The notes under the pieces are model-generated. The model was not told the DNA's origin. It ran no database searches and saw nothing but the letters and a program-made list of their open reading frames with translations. From the NCBI GenBank assembly GCA_033442325.1, contig JAWQFM010000030.1, forward strand, positions 228,750 to 292,749: a stretch of 64,000 bases of DNA. Reading direction: 5' to 3'. Shown here in pieces: positions 42,614-64,000 of this stretch (position 1 is its first letter; each line of letters opens with the position of its first letter). The DNA comes from Salpingoeca rosetta. Lineage: Eukaryota > Protista > Choanoflagellata. A program made the translations under genes and the position numbers.

Positions 42614-42721
42614 TTGTATTGTTGGTGTGCGTTGCGGCACTTGAGTGTTGTTCTGGTCAGATATGCATTGTATTGTTGGTGTGCGTTGCGGCACTTGAGT
42701 GTTGTTCTGGTCAGATATGCA
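42614..42721. repeat. 54-bp perfect tandem duplication in the intergenic/3' region
   Basis: ttgtattgttggtgtgcgttgcggcacttgagtgttgttctggtcagatatgca occurs at 42614 and again at 42668. Confidence 0.9.
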
Positions 42722-43089
42722 CAAGGTTTAATTTCTTCCTTCTGACAGTGGCCTGTGTGTGTGCACGTGCATGTGTGCGTGTGCGACGCATGAAGCGAGC
42801 CAGCGGCTACAGATGAACTATTGCAATAAAGATGACAGCCAAACACACACGTCACAACAGCGTGTTCGCATCAAGACGTGAATGCCACGGTGCTGCAACA
42901 CAGGTGCGGTGCATACAGCAAAAGGCAGCCAGGAAGGCAAACCAGACGCATTAATGTACACAGACACACACACACACACAGACAGACACACACACTGACA
43001 CACACTGACACACACACACGCAGACACACACACACACAGACAGACACACACACATACACAGACAAACAGCAGTGCGCTGTGCGTGTGGT

Positions 43090-43311
43090 TCAGCGCGTGC
43101 TCCTGTGCCAGGCAAAGGCAGTGGCGCCGGCGGCGATGGCGACGACAGCGGCGGTGAGGAGCTGCATCTGACGCTTCATGGCCGCAACCTCCCCGACCAA
43201 CTCGCTGTTGCGCTGGTGGTGGTGGTGGTGGTGGTAGCGTGTCCGTATGTAAGTGTTTGCAAGTGTGTGAGTGGGAAAGTATGTGAGTGAGTGAAGTAAG
43301 TGAAGCGAGTG

Positions 43312-43388
<77 letters not shown>

Positions 43389-43748
43389 TACGCAATGAGC
43401 ATGCGAAAACGTTGAAGGTGGAAAGACCAAAGTTATCACAGTGCAAGACATCCAACCAACCCCTGTGGTCACAAAAGTCACAGTCATTACGCCATTACAC
43501 CACCAACAGCACCAGCAACATCATCCATGAATCAGCGACATGCAGCTCACCCGCAGCAGCTGTTGGTTGTACGTCTTGAGCACAGACGGGTCACGGTGCA
43601 TGCCCTGAATCATACGCGCAGACACACACGTACACAGAGTGAGAGGTTGCGTGGATCAGACGCCGCGCATCAAAGGTTAACAATTGTGCAACGGCACACA
43701 GCAACAAGAGCCATTGGCACAGATCGACACACAGACAGCCAGTCAGAC

Positions 43749-43783
<35 letters not shown>

Positions 43784-43976
43784 ATGTTGCTTGTCTTACA
43801 TCGCAGAATGGTGGCTTCTTGGTGAACCTGAGACCAAGCAACGACAAGGATTAAGCACGCAGGGTCGATGGAGTGGTGGGTCAGTTGTACAGGCAGGCGA
43901 ACACAAACGGGAGATGTAACAGAGCCACGTCAGCCATGCATACCAGGAAAGAAGACAGACACAGCGACAGACTCAG

Positions 43977-44008
<32 letters not shown>

Positions 44009-44896
44009 CTACACAGATACGCATGCACAGACAGACAGACACACACACACATAGCTACACAGATACGCATGCACAGACAGACAGACACACACACACACAC
44101 ACACACACGATACTCACTTGCACTGGCAGAGGCCGCGGACCTCGGTCTTCTCCGCCACAAACTTGAGCGGCTCAAAGCCCGTGCCCTTGTGCGAGCCATC
44201 GCAGAACGGCTGGTTCTGCGACCGGCCTAAGCATGAACAAACAACACACAGCGGGCAAGCGGAGCGTCAGCGCGCGTGTGTCTCGGTGTGAGTCGTGCAT
44301 GTGTGTCAGATGTCTGTGTTCGCGCGCACGTGTGTGTCTTCGCATGCATGGGGAAGAGCGCGTCTGTGAGCTGAGTTACAATGCAGCAAGAACGCGCGTG
44401 TGTGTGTTGAGGGGGGGGGGGCGGTTGACGTACCGCATGCGCACCAGAAGTATGTCTTGCCCTCCTCCTGTTCCCATGGCATAAAGCGGACATGCGAATG
44501 ACAACGAAGAAGAAGACGGGTGAGCTCACATCAACACGTACTCGCAGTTGTGACACGACAGCAAAGCACGAAGCGACACAACGTCTGGACGCACCAGCTG
44601 CACTTTCTTGCTGTGGCCAGCCGCCACGATGGGCACGGGGCCTGTGGCGAGGTTGGGAAGTGCATTTGTGGCAGGAGGCAGGAGATGTGAGTTTGGGAGT
44701 GTTGGGGATGAAGAGGAGCAGGGAGGCAGGGTGATGGACGGGGAGGAGAGAGGGAGATAGAGATGGAGGAGACATGGAAGGTACAGACAAACACACCACA
44801 AGACACAGACACACAGACACAGACACACAGTCACAGGCACATCAAGTGTGAAGCAACACCTTCGGGCTGCTGCTGCGTCTTCTTCTTGCTGCTCAT
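43090..44896 (-). CDS. CISD3: CDGSH iron-sulfur domain protein, CISD3/MiNT-like (two CDGSH motifs), with a C-terminal transmembrane helix
   Basis: Seven small exons give MSSKKKTQQQPEGPVPIVAAGHSKKVQLEEGKTYFWCACGRSQNQPFCDGSHKGTGFEPLKFVAEKTEVRGLCQCKFTKKPPFCDGMHRDPSVLKTYNQQLLRRNSELVGEVAAMKRQMQLLTAAVVAIAAGATAFAWHRSTR*. Confidence 0.9.
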
Positions 44897-45118
44897 CGTG
44901 CGTGCTTCGTGATGTGAATGCAGAAAAATAGTAAAAATCTTCATCCATTTTTCTACAATCAACGCTGTCTGTGTTTGTGTTTTTTGTGTCCTGTCATCCC
45001 CGCGACCCTTACCTCCTCTCATCACCCTCACCTCCTCTCATCACCCTCACCTCCACTCGACCATACACTTGACCATCCACTTGACCTTGCATCTCATCTC
45101 GACACTCGCGTCATCACC
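44897..45118. promoter_or_regulatory. Putative compact bidirectional promoter between the CISD3-like gene and PEX16
   Basis: Only 222 bp separate the divergent ATGs. It contains an AT-rich core (gcagaaaaatagtaaaaatcttcatccatttttctac) and no microsatellite. Confidence 0.55.
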
Positions 45119-49752
<4,634 letters not shown>

Positions 49753-50189
49753 TGCTCGCTGCTGTTGGTGACTGGTGCCACTGAATGGTGGTGGTGACTG
49801 GTGGTGACTGGTGGTGATGACAATGTTGTGATTGGTGTGGCCGTCACCATTGTTGTGCGTTGTTCACGTTGATGGAATGTGTGCGCATTCGTTCGTTCGT
49901 TCGTTCTCCCCTTTGTCGTCTTCATGCGTTGTGTGCACTCCGCACATGCTCTGTTACGTGTTCCTTTACACTTGTTCCTTCATGTGCACCCGACTAAACA
50001 GCCGCGCGAACCAGACTGCACAGCAGACAACAGCGTGGGCAACAGACGCTCCCCACGTACACAGACACACAGACACACAGACACACACACGAACACAACA
50101 AACACAACAAACACAACACCAACAAACACAGTGTACAACTTCACCTACACCCCCCCCCCCCCCCCCACCCCCACCACACACAGCACCCC

Positions 50190-53540
<3,351 letters not shown>

Positions 53541-54296
53541 GTCGTGTGTCTGTCCTGGTGTCCTGCTGTTTGTCGTCGTTTGTGTTTGGCTAGAAACTTG
53601 TGCAAAAACTTGCAGCACATTTCCGCACTCGCCAAACACAAACACACAAACACAAACACAAACACAAACGTCCACGACTTGCTTGCTTGCTTGTCTTTCT
53701 TCTTTGTCTTCATGTCACATCATGTCACCACACGCTCATGTGTTTTGGATCTTTCTTTGTCGATGGACCTGAAGGAAGGGGGGAGGAACAGGAGCAAATA
53801 TCCCTGACATAGACGTGTGGGTTGCCAAGTCAATACTACTATGCTACGACAAGAGACAAGTCGACAAAACGAGGGCAACATGCACCACCCACACAAAGGG
53901 TCAAACTCAATAAAAGGTCAAACGACACACAAAAGCACACGTGCATTGGCCGACCTGGCTATCTGGCGAGAAGAACAACAAGTAGAAGAAACGATGCACA
54001 AGAAGAAGCGGCAAGAGAAGAATGAATCAAAAAAATGAACAAAATGGGCTCATGAAGAGCAGGAAATGTAACTGCTGCTGCTGTTGTTGCTGCTGGTGCA
54101 AACGATCAAGCAGATGTAACGGACTCAAATAAAGGGAGGGAAGATGTATGTGGGTGTGGGTGTCGGTGTGCACATGGGAGAAATACAAACATCCATGGAT
54201 TTGTGCTGTGAAAGCCTCTCTTCTTCTTCACACACCTCACCCACACACGCGCACCCGCATACAAGCATGCGTATAAGTGTGCCATTGTGTTGCCAC

Positions 54297-55981
54297 TCAG
54301 ACAAATGTGGAGCGCGTGGAGGTGCCACGGCGCATGAACGAGCGAACAGAGGCACGACTCGTGTTGAGCAGAGTGGTACGGTTCAGACGGCTGCTGCTGC
54401 TGCGGTTCAACACCGATGACTGGTTGTGGAGGGACACAGGCAGCGTTGTGTTGAGACCACCCCCACCACCGCGGGTCGTGAACGGCGCCTTTGATGATGA
54501 CGACGACGACGACAAAGGCCAGGGGCCGCGGCGCGATACAAAAGACCGCTGCATGGTCGACGGCTGCCGGCGTGGGCGTCCAAACTGCCGCACCTGTTGC
54601 TGCTGTTGATGTTGCTGCTGTTTGTCATGGTGTGGCATGAGCGTGTAGGAAGCGTTGGCAGCGCTGCTTGGGCCATCTGTGTTGGTGTGCTGCATTGCCC
54701 CAAACCCCTTGGCTTTGAGTTGCTGCTGCTGTTGCTGACGTTGGTTCAGTAGCTGCTTGCGTGGATGGATGCCAACGACGGAGGAGGGCTCGCTCGGAAC
54801 CTGGAGCGCTTGCTTTGGCGTCTTGGTTTGCTTGCAAGCATCAGCGTCATCAGCGCCGCGGTTGAGTGGGAGGTGGAAGACGGCAAGTGGAGAGCCCGCC
54901 TTGCGCTGCCCGGCCACCGACGCCTGCGTGGGATGCAGTTTCAACGGTGACTTGCACTGCTTCTGTTGCTGCTGTTGCTGTGATGCCTGCATCTTTGACG
55001 GCTGCACAAACGTAAACGCACCCTTTTGCTGCTGGGGTTGTTTCTGCTGCTGTTGCAGTTTCTGAATGGCGTGTTGGGAGACAGGCACCGATGCATCCAC
55101 GGACGCTGCTGATGACAACCCCGACGATGACGATGACGACAGGACTGGTGATTGCAGGGCCGACGCACTTGCTGCTGATGCTGCCGGTGTCTTGGGTTTC
55201 GCACCGCTGCCGCCAACGTCCACAGCGCTGTCGCCCTTGGCAAAGGTGAAGGTGGTGGCAAACGCCGCACGAATCGCAGCCGTGTCCACACCAGCACCGC
55301 TGCTGCGCTCAAGCGCCATGGCCAGCTGCTTTGCAGACGACCCACGCACCGCTTCTTTGCTGTTGGTGGTGGACGTGGAATTCTGCTGCAGGTCGGTTGT
55401 GTCCACGTGGTGCTGGCTGCCGCGCGCGCTGCTCACGGCGGAGCGGGTGGCGTGCATGTCCAGACCACTGTCCTTGTCGCGCACGAGGAACAGCCCCCGC
55501 GAAGGACGCTGGCTCGCTGGAACGCTTGGCACGGGCCCAGAGATGCTTGACCGCCCACTCTCCGCCGGCACTGCCGTTGACGACGTTGTCGATGTTGCCG
55601 AAGCAGGCGCCACTGTACTCGTCGGCGTGAACGCGGAGCCAGTGGTGAACACCGATGTCACAGATGCAGCTGACTTGGGCGGCGCAACAGCATCGGAATG
55701 CTGTTGCTGGTCATCGGAAGCACAGTGCTGACTCAGAGCTTGCAAGCCAAGCTGCTCGAGAGATGAGCGCACGTGCTCATCCGTTGCATCTGCACATCGT
55801 GAACACGACAAGATGCGTCATCAAGCGGTGAAGGGATGAATGGGTGAGTGAGATGGTGGCGGGGCTCATTCAATTGAAGGAGTGAGTGAGCACAAGGCCA
55901 AGAACAATCAATGTACAGGGACGAGAACGTGCATTTTCACAACAACAACAACAACAACAACAGCAGCAGCAGCAACAACAG

Positions 55982-56016
<35 letters not shown>

Positions 56017-58693
56017 GGACAAAGACGGGAACCCACCATGGCTGTATCGTGGTGCCTTGCTCGAGCCGTAAATGGCCGCCTCAATTGCAGCGGTGGACAT
56101 TTCATCCAGTGCATTGCCGCCGTTATCCTCGTCGTCGTCTTCATCCTCGGAGGACTGCCATTGTCGACATACAGGCTTTGGTGAGTCACAACAAACACGA
56201 AGCTTAGGGTAGGTAGCAGGTGCATGCACTTGTATGTATCAGCACACGTCAGCCCCGCACACACACACACACACACACATCACAACCTGTTGCCCCTCTC
56301 TGCACCCTTCGGCCCTCCCTCCTCTTCACTCCAACTGCTTCATCCTACCGATCCGAATTCATCGCTGTCGTAGCTGGTGAGGGTTTGCACGGTCGTCTGA
56401 TCCAGTTTCGGCGATTGCACGAGCATCACCTCGCTCACGCCGCCACTGGCCTCACCATCACTCGTCTTTGTCGGCGACAGGACAATGCTGGTTGTGCTGA
56501 GGTTGTGGGCGTCACTTCTCGCCATCTCAGCAAAGCTGGCGTTGTTGCTGCCGGCGTTGTAGGCATTATCAACTTCCACGTTTGACGCTGACGATGGCGC
56601 AATGCCCGTGGCGCCTGCAGCTGTTGCGAGTGTGTGTGGTGGGGTGGGCGTGGCCTTGTCTGCAAGCACGTTCCGCGTGGATGGCCCAAACAGCAGCGGG
56701 CTTTCGCTCTGGAACGACGCGTTGTGTGTCCTCGGCGATGCCAGCAATGCCTGGTCAAGTCCATCCCCATCATTACCACCATCACCGCTCGTGTTCCCGT
56801 TACCAGCACCAACGCCGTAACCAAAGTTGCTGCGACGCGCAATCGCACTCGCACGTGACGGGGACGCTGCGACTGAAGCAGTGGCAGGAGCCGTCTGGTT
56901 GAGTGTGTTGGTGTTGGTGGCATAACCAGCGCTGCTGGTGTGCATGACACGTGCTGCGTTCGGGGAGGAGGAAGACCCAAGCACATGCTGGTTCGTTGCC
57001 GGTGTGCGTTCGTCAAACACCAACTGCTGACGTGAAGACTGTGCACTGCCGCCAGCGCCGCGACCAAACCACCCATGTTGTTGTTGCTGTTGTTGTTGTT
57101 GCTGCTGTTGTTGCTGGTGTTGTTGTTGAGGGCTAAGCGGGAACTGAAACCTGTTGATGAGGTGAGGATGCTGCTGCTGCTGTTGCTGCTGTGATTGTGC
57201 CTGGACGTTGGAAGAGTGCAGGGGGCTGTTGTATGCCGTGGTGTTCGCTGATGCCGGGGCAAGTGCAGATCGCAGGGGCGACAGTGCTGATGAGAGTGGC
57301 AGCTCCGGCATGGAGGCGGATCCAAGGCCACGCAGCGGTGACGGCGGTGCAAACGGCGATGGTGAAAACGGGTGCACACGCCCTTGCTGCTGCTGCTGCT
57401 GCTGCTGGTGGTGGTGGTGATAAACAGCACCGCTGCCACCATTCAGGTGGGCTGGAATGACAAGTTGCGGTTGGCTTCGCTGGGTGACAGGACCACCCGT
57501 GTATGGCAGCGTCATGTCCACGGATTTGACACCAGCACTTCGCAGCGGCGACCCAGGACTGCTGCCCCACCGCCGTCGTGGCGACTTGTGCTGCTGCTGC
57601 TGTTGGTGGTGCCATGCGTGCGGGGTCTGTGCAGCGGAGGCGCTGGCGTTGTTGGGCGCATTGGCACCAGCACTGATACCACCGGCACGACGGCTGCTGT
57701 GGGCTGATGCGGGGGCAGACGTGTTGAGCAAGTCAAGCACGCTCGCATTGGCAGCATCACGCGTGTCATCATGGCTGTATGCAAAGTGGCTGGGGAGGGT
57801 CACGGAGAGTGGTGAGGTACCGCAATCGCGCATGACAACAGCACCAGCACGCCGGCGGTGGCTTCCGTGTTTGGACACACCACCACGCGATGGGGACGCT
57901 GCTGCTGATGATGACGACGACACAGCCACCAAACGCTCCACATCGCTGCCGAGGGAGGAAGGATTCGTGCTTGCGGGGAAGCGGAGAACAGGGACACCTT
58001 TCTGGTTGACCAGAAACAGCTCAAAGTTGTCCTTGACAAAGATGCCGTGTGGAGACTGTTCACGAAGCGTGTTGCGCAAATAGCGGAACAGCGGGCTCGC
58101 ATCAGGCCCGTTGACACGCACCTGCATTGGTGGTGTTGCGGTGAGGAGTTGGGTGGGGGGGGGGGACAAGTGCGATGGGAGTGGAGGGAGGGGTGGGATG
58201 TACGTCAGTTGTGTTGAAGGCGAAAGATCAAGAACATGCACATGTCTTTGAGCTTGATGCATGTATCGTGCACATCCATACATACACACACACACGCACG
58301 CACACATATCACATGGCAAGCGCACGCACCGTCTTGTGCACATCAAAGGTGATGTTGAGATCCTCAATCATTGCGCGCGTGTCCTCCTCGTCGTCATCTT
58401 CGCCTTCAAATTGGACGCACGGGAACGCACAGATGCAAAGCCCACGGTCCTTGAACCTGCGGAGACAAAGAACAGAAAGATGATACAGAAGCGAAGGGGG
58501 GGGGGGGAGCAAAACGATTGTGCAAAAGGATAATAAGAGGGGGGAGGGAGTGAGTGTTTGGGTGTGAAGGGGAGAGTTGTGACGTGTGATAGGCGGGGGA
58601 TTTGATGGGGGCAAGATAATCTCTCGCAACGTTGGCGCACGCATGAAGGCGATGAAGTCGACCACACACATACACATACACACACACACACAA

Positions 58694-58763
<70 letters not shown>

Positions 58764-59531
58764 GTTGTAGAGGCTTTGCAGCTGCGTCATCTTCTTTGTC
58801 GCTTCCTTGTCCTTGCACGATACGTTGGTGATAAGTAGGACAGTATCCTTGTACACGTCCATGGAGAGTGGCTTGTTCGCGCGAGTGAACACGGAATACT
58901 GATACACGTTCTTTGCCAGGGAGAAGTCATCCTGAAACAACGCATGCGCAAGTTAGTGTGTGTAGGTGCGAGTGAGAGTGAGAGTGAGTGTGTGCGTGCG
59001 TGAGAGAGTGCGTGTGTGTGAACAGGAACACGTCACATGTGTTAGGGTGCGTGCGTGCGTGAGCGAGAAGCACTTGATCAGATGTAAGAGTGGCACTTGC
59101 AAGCCCATCTCCGCCTGCCCTCACTGCACACACACACACACACACACACACGCCATTTCCTCACTTTTGCCGTCTCGTGGTACTCTGCACCGGCCTCCAC
59201 CAGCGCGTGTATCCACATCTCTTGCTCCTCGGGCGAGCGCGCCGATGCCTGCAGGCAAATGTGCTTGTGGTCGGGGCCTGTCACGCCCAGCACAAAGCCG
59301 TTCTTCGTCTTGTTGGGCTGTGCATAGCGCACGCGAAAGGGCGCGGGCTTGCTGAAGAGGCGCACAAACCCCAGCGGCTGTGATGACCGCTCGGAGCTGA
59401 AGTGGTAGATGATGACGCGTGATGGCGATGGTGCAGAGAGAACGCAGAACAGCTTCTTCCACCCGAGGCGCCGGCTCTTCCGGCGCACGGACAGCCACCC
59501 ATACATCAGCGTCTACGTGTTGGTGTGTGTT

Positions 59532-59574
<43 letters not shown>

Positions 59575-60061
59575 GTTTGTGAGGGGGAGGGGGGAAGAGG
59601 ATGAGAGGAGGCGCAAGTATTGACATGTGTGCGCGAGTGCAAAACACAACGCGACGAGTCAAAGCAATACAAGAATGCATGCAAGGCATCATTAGGAGTG
59701 TCAGTAGCAAAACAAGCAAGGAGGCCATGTTTTGCACCCGCACGTGTTCTTCGGCAATCAGCGAGCGAACGGAGGGCAGATGATGGTGCTCTGGTCCAGT
59801 CAACCTGATGTGTCGCATCAGGTAGGAGAGAAGGTAGGTAGAGTCATATGAGCATGGTGCCATATGAAATGATTGCGTCATCCGGTTTCTTGTGTCCCCT
59901 GGTCACGCACTGGTAAGTCCATGTAACACAACACGACACAGGACAACACACAACACAACACGCACCTGAAGACGAGGGATGGCGAGTCTGCGAAATCCTT
60001 TGCGTCTGGAATGGAGTGGATGAGATTTCCAACGACCAGCAGTTGGCCGGTTTGGATCGCC

Positions 60062-60108
<47 letters not shown>

Positions 60109-60772
60109 TGCATGCGTGTGTGTATGTGAGTATACGACGAATTGTTGAGGTATTCAAGAGAAGACCACTGGATAGCATCGAGTAGATGTGCTTTGAGCCA
60201 TGTGTGCACACTGCAAAAGCGACCATCATTTTTGCTCAGGAGCAGCGCATGTATGTCAATGACCACAGCACGCACATGGCGATAAACAAAAGTGCAAACC
60301 CACAAGAAAAGGGCCGACCCGCACCAAGCAGAACACACATGCAACCACACCTCTTCGCGTGTGTCTGCACGATCCGTGGCCACGAGCCAGTTGACAATGT
60401 CAGCGCCCGTCTGTGCGCATGGGGAGTGATTGTTCGTGTATGTCAAACGAGGCAGTTTATGTGAGGGAGTAAGTCAAGAAAAAAAGCAATGTCGCGCACA
60501 ACACGCGACAAAGAACACGCACAGGCGTTGACACTCACACACGCTGTCATGCACACGCTTGGAAGCCATCACCACCCAACATCCTGCTGCACCATGACGA
60601 CAGCGATCAGCAGCACGTGCTGACTCACCATGGCGTGTTTGGAGTGGGAGAGGAGAGACACGCGTCTGTTTCCTGCCAAACCGGAAGTGCGGAGCTCATC
60701 TGCCGTCCGCTGGATGGAAGCGCGGACCTGCACATACGTAAACACACGAAAACACACGTGAACACATGCAAG

Positions 60773-60812
<40 letters not shown>

Positions 60813-61111
60813 TGCGCGCGCGCGCGCAATAATCATCACACAAACCCACCCAACCAAGCATACCACACCCAACCAAGCACCCGTTCACCCATACACACCC
60901 ATCCGCACCCACACGGTTAAATGCGCACCTCGTCTGGGAGGCTGTCCCATTGCGCGGAGAGCTGCAGCGGTCGCGGTGACGGCGTCAGCACAAGTTCCTC
61001 CAGCGTGCTGCTGCGCTTCCGCCTCCGACCAGCGGGAACACTTACGGGCGGTGGCGGTACAGACAGCGTGAGCGATGACTTGTGGCCTGCCCTCTTCTTA
61101 GCGGCACTGGT

Positions 61112-61153
<42 letters not shown>

Positions 61154-62260
61154 TGCTGTGGATGAGGTTGTGGACGCTGCTGTGGTGGCGTACGATGCTG
61201 CTGTGCTCATGTTGCTTAGGGTACTGGTCATGGGGTTGCTCGAATGGCTGGTGGTGCTGTACACACCGCTGCCGCTGCCGCTGCTGTTGCTGTTGCTGCT
61301 GTGGCTGTGGCTGTGGCGGATGCCGCTGGCAGTGGACGTCGTTTGGTTGGTGTCGCTGCGCGCACCGCTCGTCCGGCTCACGCTGTCGTCAACAGCACCG
61401 CTGCCACGTCCACAATGAACATGTTCATGCTCATCATCACCATCACCATCCTCGCCATCCGTGTCAGCGACGAGGTCACGTACTGCCTGCCACGCGCCAT
61501 CAAAGTCGCTGAAGGCATCATCGCTGTCGTGGACGGTGGACGATGCTGCAGGTGTCACCAGTAGCACGTGCGCTGTGTTGCCGCTGCTGCCGCTGCGGCT
61601 GGCGCTGTCGCTGTCGTTGGTGTGTGCGGCACCGCTATCGCTGTGGCTTCTGGCTGTGGCTCCCTTTGCCTTCTTGTTGCGCTTGCGTTCCTTCTTCTGT
61701 TGTTTCCGTTGTTTCTTCAGCTGCTTCTTGTCCTTCTTTGTCTCCTTCTTCTTGGATGTCAGAGCGGCAGCATCGTCATCGCGCTTGCTGTCGTCGTCAT
61801 TGTCGCTGCTGCCAGCAGCATGGGTGGTGGTGGTGGTGGTGGTGTTGATACCGGTGATGGAAGATGGGGGCGGCCTCGGTACGTCCACATCTTTCATTAC
61901 TGCAGCGGTCGTTTGTGTGGTGGCCGTGGTGTTGGCGAGTGGGGGAGCGTTGTATGTTGCTTCGTATGCGTTGGTTGTGTTTGAGGTGGGCGATACCTCT
62001 GCATCCAGCACATCTCCTCGTCCTCCTCCTCGAACCTCCTCCTGCTGCTGCTGCTGCTGCTGTGGGAGGGTGTCAGTCTTGGCGGGAGGTGGTGCGGTGT
62101 CGCCTGTTCCGCCCACGCTGATAGCGGACGAGAACATTTGCGGAATTGATCGGTTCATGTGTTCTTGTGGCGTCTGGTGCTGGTGGTGCTGCTGTAGTTG
62201 GTGCTGCTGTAGTTGGTGTTGTTGGTGTTGGTGTTGTTGTTGTTGGTGGTTCTGTACCAT
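54297..62260 (-). CDS. Multidomain protein: low-complexity N-terminus, DEP domain, PH domain, glutathione-peroxidase-like domain, long disordered tail
   Basis: DEP exons ~60727-59965 (HAMTGADIVNWLV...TREEAIQTGQLLV...IH...F.DS..VFR). PH exon 59512-59164 (MYGWLSVR...GWKKLFCVL...PLGFVRL...EEQEMWIHAL). GPx exons 58931-58762, 58456-58330 and from 58121 (VLLITNV, AFPCVQF, VNGPDASPLFRYL, NFELFLVNQKGVPVLRF). Final exon ends ...RSTFV* at 54297. The true start may lie in an upstream exon (in-frame donor near 62873). Confidence 0.8.
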
Positions 62261-62295
62261 GTCCAAACCAAAAGCGCCTTCCTGTCAAGGATTGT

Positions 62296-62368
<73 letters not shown>

Positions 62369-64000
62369 AATGATGTGAGGATGTGAGTGACAAGGGTTTG
62401 ACGCGGGGAGGTGGTCATCACGTGAGTGGGGAAAACGCTCGCAGCAAGGGAACGAAGATGTGGTGGGCACGAACCAGATTCAAAGAGAGAGGGAGTGAGA
62501 GATGAGTGAGAGGGGGGGAGGAGAGAGCAACCAGGAGGAAACACACAAAATGATCATTGCAGGCAAGCTGTCACTGCCATTCATGCATGTGTGTGTGTGT
62601 GTGTGTGTGCGCGCGTCTTTCACTCACACACACACACACTTGTGCACCGACCAGTGATGGGAAAAAAGGCAACACACACGCACACACTCTCTCATGAACA
62701 CGCAGAAAGAGGATGCAGTTGCAGCAGGAGCCAACATGAAACCCACGGTCGTGCTCATCACTGACCACGGCAGCTGCACAACAACACAACAACGGCACTC
62801 TCGTTGTCACAACCACAATAGCAGCCGCCTCTGTCGACCCCTCCTCCAACACAACCACATTAGCTCTGTGTACCTCTTGTTGCTTGTCTGGTCTCTCGCC
62901 AGCGCAGGTCAGGATGGCGGTGTGCGAGAGTGTGGCGGGAAAAGTGCTCTGCGCCGCCGAATCCCGTATGTCGTCACTCAGGTGATTGGCTGCTTGTTGT
63001 GGTGACTGACAAAAAAGCCACCAACAACCAACCGCTGGTGTGCTGTGGGTCGGAGATGTTGCTGCGCACACGCACAACAAACCACAATGAAACGACAGCA
63101 GCTGCAGCTGATGATGATGATGCAAAGTCACACGCAGTCTTTGCTTTTCCGTTTGGTTGTGTGGTTGGGCCGTGCCCCTCTCCACCGTTCTTCTGTCAGC
63201 TTTCGCTCAAATGTCACTGCCACTTTTCGCTGTTGCCACAACCAGTACGGCTTTGGGAGTCGCAGGGTTGTGTTCGTCGTCTCGTTGCCTCTCTTCGCTG
63301 GTTGTCTCTCTCTCCGCCTCCGACCTCTGGTTTGTGTTGTTGATGTGAAGACGCACAACCACAACCACTCGCCACCACTCGCCACCACTCGAAACCGTTG
63401 TTGCTGGGGTTGTGTGTGATTGCGAATGTGCTGGTCAGGTTTTAGGGCACGTTTTGCTTCGAATCTGCCTTGGTGGCGTTGAGGAGCTCACTTCGCCACC
63501 ACACACGCCGTCAGGCAAAAGTCCTCTTGCGTCTGTGCCTGGGTCTTTGCTGGCTTGCTTGCCTGTCTCCCTCTCCTCCTCCTCTGCTTGCTTGGTTGGT
63601 TGCTGTACCTTGCTTGCTTGTCCGTTCAAGGACTTGCTCGACGATGATGCTGATGGTGCTGGTGTTGTTGTTGATGCTGGTGCGGCACAACGGGCAGGAG
63701 AGGAGGTGCAGCGTCCGTTAAGGATGCGTGAATGCAGTTTGAATTTGGCGGCGGTGGTGGGGCTCGAAATTTTTTCGGGCAGCGAAAATATCGATTGTGG
63801 TGTCGCGTATGTGCACAGGAAAGACAAATCTGCCTTTGTTGAAAAGTCAAACTTGCCTTCCAGTCAATCAAGCCAGAGAGAACGAGAGAAGGTGGCGGCG
63901 CCGCACAACAAACACAAACACCACCCACCAAAGACACACACAACACACACACACACACTCACACACACGCACACACACGCACACACACACACACACACAC

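Overview
Eukaryotic, intron-rich genomic DNA dense in CA/GT microsatellites. The style strongly suggests a choanoflagellate, probably Salpingoeca rosetta (inference from composition and gene content, not a database hit). Most ORFs in the supplied track are microsatellite artefacts, so I rebuilt gene models by hand from GT..AG boundaries and reading-frame phase. In order: Aha1 N-domain gene (-, partial); PTEN (+); an intronless Rnl2-family RNA ligase with an N-terminal OB-like domain (+); a secreted bacterial-type metzincin with PPC-like domains (+); a kinesin motor/coiled-coil/DEP/inversin-like ankyrin fusion (+); a microsatellite-poor block holding a small acidic gene (-) and a 261-aa protein that looks like two tandem MazF/PemK domains (+); a Q-rich protein with a CNC/SKN-1-like basic domain and no leucine zipper (-); a C-type-lectin type I membrane protein (+); a tail-anchored CISD3-like protein (-) head-to-head with PEX16 (+); an intronless LRR protein (-); and a DEP-PH-pseudo-glutathione-peroxidase protein (-). 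The best novelty candidates are the tandem MazF-like gene, the zipperless CNC-like factor, the kinesin-DEP-ankyrin fusion, the DEP-PH-pseudoGPx protein and the RNA ligase. All homology calls are by-eye motif alignments against sequences recalled from memory and need HMM or structure confirmation.
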